From: a virus
Lineage: Duplodnaviria > Heunggongvirae > Uroviricota > Caudoviricetes
Reading direction: 5' to 3' (one strand)
Virus record (IMG/VR): IMGVR_UViG_2703718813_000007
Length of the DNA: 35,331 bases
Under the pieces are notes generated by a model. That model was not told where the DNA came from and searched no databases. It saw only the letters and a program-made list of their open reading frames with translations. Below, one piece after another: positions 18,716-26,909 of the stretch (positions are counted from its first letter, which is position 1; each line of letters opens with the position of its first letter). Both the position numbers and the translations under genes were made by a program.

Positions 18716-19185
18716 ATGATGTGCACTCCCGCGCGTCTGTGCCCCAGCATGTTACGCATGACCAGCGAGGCTTCAGCCAGTAAGGTGGCGCGTGTGTCCT
18801 CGCTTTCCTGCCCCGGATAGGTTTCACGGCGACCAATGGTGGCGAACTCGCCCATAAGATCGGCCTTGGCACGGGCATAAACGGCCTTTTTGTACTGTGC
18901 GACCAGCTGGGTTTCATCGCCCAGCCTGGCCCCTGGTACGTCTGCGGCGCGTTCATGCCCCTGCGCCTTCCAGTGCGCCACAACCGGCGCCAGCGTGGTG
19001 TTCACCTCGGCCACTGCGGCAAGCAGCGCCATGGCCGCCGTGTCGTCGGGTAAATCAGCCGGAAGCGTGCGTGACCCCTGAAGCTCAGCCAGATCAAGGT
19101 CCGGCCAGAACGGCTCGCCGTTTGTCACCGTCTGCGGTGTGGATTTCAGCGGTTTACCGCTGACGCTGAAGCTCGGTTCGCTCAT
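18712..19185 (-). CDS. L: Head completion/stabilisation protein (P2 gpL-like), about 157 aa
   Basis: The motifs GEPFWPDLDL and YKKAVYARAKADLMGEF align with P2 gpL (FWPDIDP, YRRAVY..A.L.E.Y). The internal ATG at 19185 (GAGG upstream) aligns with the P2 L start; the track ORF begins at 19236. Confidence 0.8.
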   Translation of the reverse strand: MSEPSFSVSGKPLKSTPQTVTNGEPFWPDLDLAELQGSRTLPADLPDDTAAMALLAAVAEVNTTLAPVVAHWKAQGHERAADVPGARLGDETQLVAQYKKAVYARAKADLMGEFATIGRRETYPGQESEDTRATLLAEASLVMRNMLGHRRAGVHII

Positions 19186-19292
19186 GACGTGCCTCATATG
19201 AATAAAAAGGCGGGCTGTCCGGGATTCCACGGCCATACAGTTTCCGTCACTGATGCCTCCTCCCGCGCCCGCCCGGCCCTGCGGGTAGTCGT

Positions 19293-19991
19293 TTACGCTG
19301 CATTAAGGGCGCTGATGCGTGCCCTGATGCGCGCCCTGATACTTTTTACGCCAGCGGTACGGCTCAGTGCTGCCGCCTGTGCCAGGTATGCGTCTGCCTT
19401 TTCCAGTACGGCAGTATCATTAATCGCGGTGGCTCTCGGTTTGCCTGCCTCGTCGCGCAGAAGATACAGCCCGGCAAATCTGAACCACTTCGCGCGGATT
19501 TCCTCATGCAGCCGCCACGTGGTGGTGACGTTCCTGAAGGTGCGCGAAAAATACGGCTCTATGCTGTGTCCGGCCTCGCTGTTGTCGGTGGCCCACTGCA
19601 ACACCGTGTCGGCCACGAAGGCGGGCAGGGTGCTGCGGAAGTTGTCCGGCGTGGCCTGGCCTTCACTGATGGCAATGTCTGCCCAGTCAAGGGCGCGACT
19701 CAGGTCGCCCGTGTCGAACAGCCAGATGATGCAGTACACCAGTACCGGGCAGGCGTGGCGCTTTCCGTCAGCGATATAGCGCTCCGCGACGGGCAGCCAG
19801 CGCGGCAGGAGAATGTCGCGCTTGAACGCCAGCCGCTCTTCGCGGACAGGAAGACTGCGCAGCCGTGCCACATCGCGATCAAGCTCCGCGCGTAACAGGT
19901 GGAAGCTGACCGGGGAGGCCGTCAGCGCTTCCCGGCGTTCGAGTGCCTCCTGTGTGCGGATTTTCGCCCGGTGTCGCTGGCAGGGTGTCAT
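19293..19991 (-). CDS. M: Terminase small (endonuclease) subunit, P2 gpM-like, 232 aa
   Basis: The N-terminus MTPCQRHRAKIRT and the segments ILLPRWLP and IIWLFDTGDLSRALDWADIA resemble P2 gpM. Confidence 0.85.
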   Translation of the reverse strand: MTPCQRHRAKIRTQEALERREALTASPVSFHLLRAELDRDVARLRSLPVREERLAFKRDILLPRWLPVAERYIADGKRHACPVLVYCIIWLFDTGDLSRALDWADIAISEGQATPDNFRSTLPAFVADTVLQWATDNSEAGHSIEPYFSRTFRNVTTTWRLHEEIRAKWFRFAGLYLLRDEAGKPRATAINDTAVLEKADAYLAQAAALSRTAGVKSIRARIRARISALNAA

Positions 19992-20008
19992 TGCGCCGCC
20001 CTCTGTGC

Positions 20009-21037
20009 TTATGCGCCGCCAGGTGCGGGCTCTTCTGCCGCTTCTGCGCCCTTGATGGTCAGCTTGTCGTAGGCCGCGTAAATTTCGTCGTGCTCCACGG
20101 CGTAACCTTCCATGCGCAGATAGTTGTTTTCAAAACGCTTGCGATCGTCGTTCCACTCCGCACGGCGCTGACGGGTGCCGCGCTGCGTGTAGATGTGAAG
20201 GTTTGCCAGCGTGGTGACAATCAAGCGTCCTTCCGGCATGAACGGCGGGGTGTATGCTGTCAGCCCGGCGATCTGGCGACCGATAAGCTGCGCGGCCACT
20301 TTTTCCGTGGGGGCGTCGATGGCGTTAAGCAGCGTCACCTTGTCCTGTGCCACAAGATCGGGCGCAACCAGTACCACCAGATCCGGATGACCGCGATACG
20401 ACTCATCAATGAGGGTGTGCACGAGGTCTGCCACGGCTGCATCCAGCCCGATAAAGTCGCCACCCTTGCCCAGCGTCGGGCCAGCCTCCACGATCTGTTT
20501 TGCGCTGCGGCCTTTGACGATGGCATGCCAGCCGGTGTTGACGTCCTCGCCGTTTTTGTTGGTTACCGGGTCGGTATCTTCGGCCACGCTGGTACCGTTA
20601 AAGGCAATGCGCAGGATATCCAGCGCGATCTGTCTGTTAACAAAATTCTGAATGCGGTTAAAGAACTCGTTTTCACCGCCTGCGTTTGCCCAGGTGACCA
20701 GTGTGGTGTACAGGAGGTGGGCACCGGAATCGGTTTCAGCCAGCTTGTATTCATTCCCGGTAACACCCAGCGGAAGGGTGAAGCGGGCATTTTTTTTACG
20801 TCCGGTATGGAGGCCCGGAACGCCGGTGGTAACCACCTGGCCTGTCACCTGTTCAACATCCAGCACGTTCGGCAGTTTTGATAAAAACTCGTCGGAGTGC
20901 ATGATGGCGTCACGCAGCGCGGTCTCCTTCGGGTCAGACAGCGCAAAATAGCGTGTGACGTCGTCAACTCCGTTTGCCGCACCCAGCCCGGCAGCGTACT
21001 TACGAAGCAGTGATTCGGTTTTCTGGTTCAGTTGCAT
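20009..21037 (-). CDS. N: Major capsid protein, P2 gpN-like, 342 aa
   Basis: The motifs GKGGDFIGLDAAVADLVHTLIDESYRGHPDLVVLVAPDLVA and NLHIYTQRGTRQRR..ENNY..EGYAVEHD align with P2 gpN. AAGGA precedes the ATG. Confidence 0.9.
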   Translation of the reverse strand: MQLNQKTESLLRKYAAGLGAANGVDDVTRYFALSDPKETALRDAIMHSDEFLSKLPNVLDVEQVTGQVVTTGVPGLHTGRKKNARFTLPLGVTGNEYKLAETDSGAHLLYTTLVTWANAGGENEFFNRIQNFVNRQIALDILRIAFNGTSVAEDTDPVTNKNGEDVNTGWHAIVKGRSAKQIVEAGPTLGKGGDFIGLDAAVADLVHTLIDESYRGHPDLVVLVAPDLVAQDKVTLLNAIDAPTEKVAAQLIGRQIAGLTAYTPPFMPEGRLIVTTLANLHIYTQRGTRQRRAEWNDDRKRFENNYLRMEGYAVEHDEIYAAYDKLTIKGAEAAEEPAPGGA

Positions 21038-21048
21038 GTTGCGTATCC

Positions 21049-22098
21049 TTAAACAAAGTCAAACGGTTTTTCGCTTTCTGCCGGTGTGCCGGCCGGGCGT
21101 GGCGTGATGCCGGTGGCTGACAGCTTCGTGGTCAGGTCGTTAAGTTTTTCGGCAATGGCTTTGATTTCTTCTTTGTCGGTGTCGTCCCGGCGACGGGCGG
21201 CAAAGCGGCGGTAACGTTCGCCTTTTTCCGGTGTGATGGCACTGAACGCTTTAATCGCGTCTTCCAGCTTCGCTTTTGCAGCGGTAAAGGCTTCGGCCTT
21301 AACCTCGTCTTCCGGGGCGGCTTTCACTTCTTCTGCCAGCTCTGCCACCTCTGCGGCGGCATCGGCGATTTCGGCGGCGATTTCCGCGACTTCGGCTTTT
21401 GCTTCTTCCGGCGTGTCTGCTGTACCCTCGCCGGTGGCAGCGGCGCTGCCGCCTTCCACCAGGGTGATCAGCTTTTCAAGCAGTGCTTTAATTTCGTCCA
21501 TTTTTGCGTCCTCGCCTGTATCAGGCTTACTGGTGTCGGTGTTGTCGGTCTGTCCTGCGCTGAACAGGCGTTTCAGGAATGATTCAGGTTTACGGGGGGC
21601 CGGGGAGGTGTCCGGTGACAGGCTGCCCAGCGTGAACGTCTGGCAGTTCGCCCGCTGTGCCGTGTATTCCTCGTTGTTCAGGGTGAAGCGTATTTTTTCC
21701 GTCCCCAGACTGGCGGGGATATCCGTCACCGCCACGCCCAGGAGATAGTCGCGTCCGCTCCGGGCGAAGTTCTCCACTATCTCGGCGGATGTGAACAGCT
21801 TCTGCCCCAGTCTGTTGGCTTCAATCAGGTACTGGTTAGGGACCAGCCGTGCGTAGAGGCGGGTTTTACCGTCCTCGCCGGTTTCCGCTTTCAGTGAGTC
21901 CACTTCACCCAGATTACTGGTGTACTGGCGGTGTCCGATTTCTTCCTCATGCCAGGGCCACAGCATCGCCGTGTAGGTGTTGCGGGAATAGGTTTCAGCG
22001 GCATCAGTCAGCCACTGCGGATCAATTTCGCGGCCGTCAACGGTCGGTCCTGATGTGGCGATACATATCCAGTCGGTCATCAACGTTGGCTGCGGCAT
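21049..22098 (-). CDS. O: Capsid scaffolding protein, P2 gpO-like, about 349 aa
   Basis: YLLGVAVTDIPASLGTE matches the P2 gpO YLVGLAVTDDPASLGTE. The internal ATG at 22098 (MPQPTLM, SD AAAGAGG) is used; the upstream part of the track ORF is an open frame running into the divergent promoter region. Confidence 0.8.
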   Translation of the reverse strand: MPQPTLMTDWICIATSGPTVDGREIDPQWLTDAAETYSRNTYTAMLWPWHEEEIGHRQYTSNLGEVDSLKAETGEDGKTRLYARLVPNQYLIEANRLGQKLFTSAEIVENFARSGRDYLLGVAVTDIPASLGTEKIRFTLNNEEYTAQRANCQTFTLGSLSPDTSPAPRKPESFLKRLFSAGQTDNTDTSKPDTGEDAKMDEIKALLEKLITLVEGGSAAATGEGTADTPEEAKAEVAEIAAEIADAAAEVAELAEEVKAAPEDEVKAEAFTAAKAKLEDAIKAFSAITPEKGERYRRFAARRRDDTDKEEIKAIAEKLNDLTTKLSATGITPRPAGTPAESEKPFDFV

Positions 22099-22264
22099 CG
22101 TGGCCTCTTTTACGTGAAAATCTGAAGAACTCCGGTGAGTGTCGGGATTTTTACAGCGGGGGGCTACCGGATTAATTCGGTTGCATTCGGATAACACGGG
22201 ATAGCCGAACACAGCCGAAATTTTCTGCCTGAATGCGGGCCGGATGCGCCGCCATAATGGGCGC
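22099..22264. promoter_or_regulatory. Divergent late-promoter region between O (minus) and P (plus)
   Basis: A 166 bp non-coding gap between divergently oriented capsid operons, as in P2. No Ogr-type dyad could be located by eye. Confidence 0.35.
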
Positions 22265-24070
22265 ATGGCTAAATATTCTGACGAAATCAAAGAGGCGGCG
22301 CGATCGCTTTACCTGAAGCGGTGGCACCCCCGCGATATTGCGGCGGAACTCGGTATTCCGCCGCGCACGGTTTACCACTGGTGTGATGTGGGGCAGTGGG
22401 CTACCCTGCTGCCCGCTGAATCCGTTGAGGACGTGATCGCCCGGCGTATTGATGTGCTGACCGGACGGGAGGGCAAGACAGAGTGTGAACTTGCCGAACT
22501 GCGTGAACTTATCGCGCAGCACGTGAAGATCATCGCCCAGAAAAACAAACACGCTGAAAGGATGGCGGAAATTGCCGCCCTGCGTCCGGCAGGGCATGAG
22601 GACGGCGTGGCTGCGGGGACCTGCGGCGGGGGAGAAGGGAAAAAGCGGCGCTACCGGAAAAACGACGTTTCCGGACTGACTGCTGAAATGCTGGATGAAT
22701 GGGCGCGTAAAAATCTTTATGCCTACCAGCTGCACTGCCGCGAGAACCGGCACCGTGAGCGCCGTTTCATCCTCAAGAGCCGCCAGATCGGCATGACCTG
22801 GTATTTTGCATGGGAGGCGTTCGAAGATGCGGTGGTGACCGGTGATAACCAGATTTTCTTTTCTGCGTCACGGGTACAGGCGGAAATCTTCCGTGAATAT
22901 ATTATTAACTTCGCCCTGCAGTTCGGGATCACGCTCACGGGTAAGCATATCCGTCTGAGCAATGGTGCAATGCTGCGTTTCCTGTCCACCAATGCCAGTA
23001 CCGCCCAGGGATTTAACGGCCACCTTTACGGCGATGAGGTGTTCTGGATCCCAAAATTCACGCGACTGCATGAAGTGGCCTCGGCAATGGCGACCCACGA
23101 CAAATACCGCACGACGTATTTTTCCACACCCAGCGCCAAAACCCACCAGGCTTATCTGGTCTGGAATGGTGACGACTGGCGCGGGGATGACCCGGCGCGT
23201 CGTGCTGTTGAGTTTCCGAAAGAAAGCGCGATGCGTGTGGGCTGTGAATGCCCTGACGGGATCTGGCGCTACATTATCCGGCTGGAAGAGGCGGTGGCGG
23301 GTGGCCTGTCTGCTCGGGTTGATATTGAACGTATCAGGAACCGCTACAATCCGACCACTTACGCGATGCTGTACGGCTGCGAGTTTGTTGACAGCAAGGA
23401 TGCGGTATTTAAGTTCTCCGAACTGGTCAGGTGCGAGGTGGAGATGGAGACGTGGGGTGACTACGATCCCACGGCGGCACGTCCGTTCGGCAATCGTGAG
23501 GTGTGGGCGGGCTTTGACCCGTCAAGGTCCGGGGATAATTCCACGTTTGTAATTGTGGCTCCGCCTGTCCATGAGGGCGAGCGGTTCCGTGTGCTCGCCG
23601 TCTGGCAGTGGCAGGGATTTAACTTCACCTGGCAGGCCGATCAGATCCGCGAACTGATGCAGCGTTTTAACATTACCTATATCGGCATAGATATCACCGG
23701 TATCGGGAAAGGGGTGTTTGATATCGTCAGTCGCTTTGCGCCACGTGAGGCTAACGCCATTCTTTACAGCGTGGAGAGCAAAAACCGCCTGGTGATGAAA
23801 ATGATAGACGTGGTGGCCCATAAGCGTATCGAGTGGGCGAAAGACGCCATTGATGAGGCCAGCCGTGAACGCACGGAGATCCCCGCGTCGTTCATGTCCA
23901 TACGCCGCACCACCACAAAAAGCGGTAACGCGCTGACGTTCGTGGCGGAACGGTCGGATGTTACGGGGCATGCGGATGTGTTTTTTGCCATTTCGCACGC
24001 CGTGATTAATGAGCCTGTAGATTATGACTATGAACGCCCGTCCACATGGGCCTTCGGGAAAGCCGCATGA
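22265..24070 (+). CDS. P: Terminase large (ATPase) subunit, P2 gpP-like, about 601 aa
   Basis: Size, position and general similarity to P2 P. The ATG at 22265 aligns with the P2 P start; the track ORF begins at 22244. Confidence 0.88.
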   Translation: MAKYSDEIKEAARSLYLKRWHPRDIAAELGIPPRTVYHWCDVGQWATLLPAESVEDVIARRIDVLTGREGKTECELAELRELIAQHVKIIAQKNKHAERMAEIAALRPAGHEDGVAAGTCGGGEGKKRRYRKNDVSGLTAEMLDEWARKNLYAYQLHCRENRHRERRFILKSRQIGMTWYFAWEAFEDAVVTGDNQIFFSASRVQAEIFREYIINFALQFGITLTGKHIRLSNGAMLRFLSTNASTAQGFNGHLYGDEVFWIPKFTRLHEVASAMATHDKYRTTYFSTPSAKTHQAYLVWNGDDWRGDDPARRAVEFPKESAMRVGCECPDGIWRYIIRLEEAVAGGLSARVDIERIRNRYNPTTYAMLYGCEFVDSKDAVFKFSELVRCEVEMETWGDYDPTAARPFGNREVWAGFDPSRSGDNSTFVIVAPPVHEGERFRVLAVWQWQGFNFTWQADQIRELMQRFNITYIGIDITGIGKGVFDIVSRFAPREANAILYSVESKNRLVMKMIDVVAHKRIEWAKDAIDEASRERTEIPASFMSIRRTTTKSGNALTFVAERSDVTGHADVFFAISHAVINEPVDYDYERPSTWAFGKAA

Positions 24071-25119
24071 GCAAGAAACGCAGAAACAAAACGTCACGCG
24101 TGACGAAAAAAGCATTCACGCCCGCACGTGGCAGCACAATCACGTTTGGTCAGCCGGAACCGGTGCTGACCACCGGCACGGACTACCATAACATCTGGTA
24201 TGACAACGAACACAACCACTGGCAGCTGCCGATTAACCGCCTGGCACTGGCGCAGCTCCCGAACCTTAACGCCCAGCACGGTGGGGTGCTGTATGCCCGC
24301 CGTAACATGGTGGCGGGGGGCTATACCGGTGGTGGCCTCACAACGGACCAGATGGAACAGGCGGTATTTGACTACCTGTTGTTCGGCGATCTCGCCCTGC
24401 TCAAGGTGCGTAACGTATTCGGCGACGTCGTGGCACTTGAGCCGCTTCCGTCGCTGTATCTCCGGCGCCGCAAAACCGGTGAGTTCGTGGTGCTTCAGGA
24501 AGGCCCCGCGCTGGTCTATACGCCGGAAGATATTATCTTTCTGCGGATGTATGATCCGCGTCAGCAAATTTACGGGCTGCCGGATTATATCGGTGGCATT
24601 CACTCGGCGCTGCTGAACAGCGAGGCCAGCCTTTTTCGTCGCCGTTACTACAACAACGGGGCGCATATGGGGTTTTTGCTGTATACGAACGACCCGGGGA
24701 TCACCACGGAGATGGAGGATGAGATCCGCGAGAAGGTGGCGGAGTCTAAGGGGCTGGGAAATTTCCGCAATCTGTACATCAACATCCCCAAAGGTTCGCC
24801 GGATGGGGTGAAAATTATTCCGATTGGTGAGGTGAGCGCCAAGGATGAATTTTCAAACATCAAGGGGATCAGCGCCCAGGATGTGTTTACGGCACACCGC
24901 TTTCCTGCCGGTCTTGCGGGGATCATCCCCACGAACGGGGCCACCATCCCTAACCCGGAAACGACGCGTGAAACGTACCGCAAGGATGAGGTGATACCGC
25001 TTCAGCGTAAAATCATGAACGCCGTGAACAGCGATCCCGATATACCGGAACACCTTTATCTTCGTTTTGATGTGGATGCCGGGCATGTGGCGGAAGAAAA
25101 AGCGGTGCCGGTCGGGTAA
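24067..25119 (+). CDS. Q: Portal protein, P2 gpQ-like, about 350 aa
   Basis: The ATG at 24067 overlaps the P stop (ATGA). Portal-sized protein downstream of terminase in the P-Q operon. Confidence 0.85.
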   Translation: MSKKRRNKTSRVTKKAFTPARGSTITFGQPEPVLTTGTDYHNIWYDNEHNHWQLPINRLALAQLPNLNAQHGGVLYARRNMVAGGYTGGGLTTDQMEQAVFDYLLFGDLALLKVRNVFGDVVALEPLPSLYLRRRKTGEFVVLQEGPALVYTPEDIIFLRMYDPRQQIYGLPDYIGGIHSALLNSEASLFRRRYYNNGAHMGFLLYTNDPGITTEMEDEIREKVAESKGLGNFRNLYINIPKGSPDGVKIIPIGEVSAKDEFSNIKGISAQDVFTAHRFPAGLAGIIPTNGATIPNPETTRETYRKDEVIPLQRKIMNAVNSDPDIPEHLYLRFDVDAGHVAEEKAVPVG

Positions 25120-25156
25120 AATGTCCTCCCCGGGATACGTGTTATCGGGAGGTAAG

Positions 25157-25420
25157 ATGCGGATTTTTAAAGCCCGGTGTCCGGACTGTGGCGCACCTGC
25201 TGTCATCCGGAAGACAGACTGGAAAACCCCTGAACTTGCGGATCTGTACTGTGCATGCAGTGATGTCGAATGCGGGCATACCTTCGTCTGTACGATGACC
25301 TTTTCCCATACCCTCAGCCCCGGCGCCCGCTCCGGTCGCAATATGGTGAAGTTCCTGGTGGATGCCATGCGCCCGGAAGATCGCCGGTATGCGCTTGAAC
25401 TACTGTCGCGGCGTTCCTGA
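25157..25420 (+). CDS. ogr: Ogr/Delta-family zinc-finger late-gene activator, about 87 aa
   Basis: Cys pattern CPDCG ... YCACSDVECGHTF matches the Ogr/Delta C-x2-C ... C-x4-C-x2-TF signature. The ATG at 25157 is preceded by GGGAGG. Confidence 0.75.
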   Translation: MRIFKARCPDCGAPAVIRKTDWKTPELADLYCACSDVECGHTFVCTMTFSHTLSPGARSGRNMVKFLVDAMRPEDRRYALELLSRRS

Positions 25421-25447
25421 CGCGCTTCGCTTGTCTGCTGCTTCGCC

Positions 25448-25470
25448 GGGGCAAAAAGAATTTTTGCCCC
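25448..25470. terminator. Bidirectional Rho-independent terminator between convergent ogr (+) and the cargo operon (-)
   Basis: GGGGCAAAAA (25448-25457), loop GAA, TTTTTGCCCC (25461-25470): a 10-bp stem with A/T runs serving either strand. Confidence 0.6.
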
Positions 25471-25482
25471 GACTCACCAGCT

Positions 25483-26046
25483 TCATGAAAAATCTGGTAC
25501 TGAATACAGAGGCATAACCTGAAATCCGTTACACTTCCAGGACTGCGCTATATCTGGTGACTGCGTGATGGCGGGTAACGGGATTCTGTCATTCCAGGTC
25601 ACCCATGCCTTTGGCTCAGAGGTCAGGATCATTAACGCAATGCGGTAACTTTGTAGCCTGGCTTCATCATCCTCTGAAAGCCCGAACGGGATATCTGATT
25701 TTACCTCATCCATCTGTTCGATTTCCTTCCCTAAAAATACCTCGAGGAAGTTTCTGCTCTCCTGGCATAAGGCCATTTCCGGTATTGTGTACAGTGATTC
25801 AACATGTCGGCCTGCACGGTTCCAGGCTTTCACAGCGACATCGTGTCGTGTAATGTCGAAAGAAAGGCTTTCTTTGCCCGGAGTGGGGGATCTCCATGCT
25901 ACCGCCTTTGCGGTAAGTGCCTCCAGTGTAATACGGTGTACGCATAAGCGCATGAGGGTGTCATCGTCAGAAATCTCCTGTGTGTTCATTTTTTCAAGCT
26001 GCTCAATTTCATGGAGGTTATATTTTTTTAGTTGTCTTCTTTTCAT
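25483..26046 (-). CDS. Hypothetical protein, 187 aa, in the cargo slot between A and ogr/Q
   Basis: The ATG at 26046 (preceded by AAGGAAAAA) avoids overlap with the upstream small ORF; the track start is 26100. No recognisable motif. Local GC is lower than the phage backbone, by eye. Confidence 0.5.
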   Translation of the reverse strand: MKRRQLKKYNLHEIEQLEKMNTQEISDDDTLMRLCVHRITLEALTAKAVAWRSPTPGKESLSFDITRHDVAVKAWNRAGRHVESLYTIPEMALCQESRNFLEVFLGKEIEQMDEVKSDIPFGLSEDDEARLQSYRIALMILTSEPKAWVTWNDRIPLPAITQSPDIAQSWKCNGFQVMPLYSVPDFS

Positions 26047-26062
26047 ATGTTTTTCCTTTCGG

Positions 26063-26227
26063 TCACGAGAGTAACCAGATAACTGCAACGGTTGCCGCAT
26101 AAATTCTGGCGATAAAGCCTGCTGTGAAGTGGCGAAACGGGTTTTCCCACGTCAGGAATGCCATTAAAGCAATCCATGCAATGGTAAAAATCAGTGCGCC
26201 CTTAACGGCGATAAACAGTTCGTTCAT
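26063..26227 (-). CDS. Small two-helix membrane protein, 54 aa (below the ORF-track size cut-off)
   Basis: ATG at 26227 preceded by GGAGAACACCACA; translates to MNELFIAVKGALIFTIAWIALMAFLTWENPFRHFTAGFIARIYAATVAVIWLLS with two hydrophobic segments. Stop at 26063, 16 nt before the 187 aa gene start. Confidence 0.4.
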   Translation of the reverse strand: MNELFIAVKGALIFTIAWIALMAFLTWENPFRHFTAGFIARIYAATVAVIWLLS

Positions 26228-26300
26228 TGTGGTGTTCTCCTTTGTGTGTAGGGCGAATGAATTGCGTTGCGGTGAAAAAATCGGGCGCGTCAGTGCGGCC

Positions 26301-26456
26301 TTACTGCTGACGGCGTTCCCGGAGTTCGGTCAGTGCTGCAAGTAAATTCTCCCACCACGTTTCTTCCACGACCGGGTTTTGTCGTGAAAGCAGCTGCTGT
26401 GCCGACTCAATCATTTTCGTAAGCTCCCTGTCGCTGATCCTCCTGGTGTCGTTCAT
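26301..26456 (-). CDS. Small hypothetical protein, about 51 aa (helical, charged)
   Basis: The internal ATG at 26456 is preceded by AAGGAG at 8 nt (MNDTRRISDRELTKMIESAQQLLSRQNPVVEETWWENLLAALTELRERRQQ); the track start is 26495. Confidence 0.4.
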   Translation of the reverse strand: MNDTRRISDRELTKMIESAQQLLSRQNPVVEETWWENLLAALTELRERRQQ

Positions 26457-26504
26457 TGTGCGCTCCTTTAGTTGGCTGTTTCTGGTCATGTTCATGGTCT
26501 TTGT

Positions 26505-26909
26505 TTACCTGCGTGATTGTCTGCCAGCGGCTGAATGCACATAGCGGGCAATTGCCGCTTTGCGGTTAATCGATGCCAGTGTTCTGGTCAGTTCTGCGTT
26601 GTGTTTGTGTGCCTGCTCTTCGTGGTACTGCCGCATGATTTTTCCGGCAGGCGTGAGCGGCTCCGGCTCTCCGGGCGGACGGCGCGGACGAACGGCGACA
26701 AGCCAGCTGCGGTTGGTGCTGTCCGGTCGTCCGTTGAGTATGTCGGTGATGATGGCCGTGGTGGTGCGATCGGGACTGACGACCGTGATTTCCAGCTCAT
26801 CGCCCGGTTGTGGCCCCGTGGCAATGTTGTTCAGGGTCAGTAAGGGCGTGCGCTGGCGCATCATTTCGTCAAAACGCTGGCGCTGCATGGCGCAATAAAA
26901 GCGGGTCAT
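26505..26909 (-). CDS. Hypothetical protein, 134 aa, translationally coupled to replication gene A
   Basis: The ATG at 26909 overlaps the A stop codon (ATGA). Occupies the position of P2 orf91. High-GC backbone composition. Confidence 0.55.
   Translation of the reverse strand: MTRFYCAMQRQRFDEMMRQRTPLLTLNNIATGPQPGDELEITVVSPDRTTTAIITDILNGRPDSTNRSWLVAVRPRRPPGEPEPLTPAGKIMRQYHEEQAHKHNAELTRTLASINRKAAIARYVHSAAGRQSRR

Noticed and set aside
19943-20881. 312 aa plus-strand ORF antisense to the major capsid gene
   Set aside because: Overlaps the strongly supported capsid gene N on the opposite strand; judged a chance open frame.
22099-22264. Ogr-binding dyad (TGT-N12-ACA) in the divergent late promoter region
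   Set aside because: No correctly spaced dyad found by eye; the promoter region is called from context only.
25420-25483. P2-like cos site at the ogr/cargo boundary
   Set aside because: The hairpin region loosely resembles the G-rich P2/186 cohesive-end sequence but does not match it convincingly; cos cannot be called from sequence alone.
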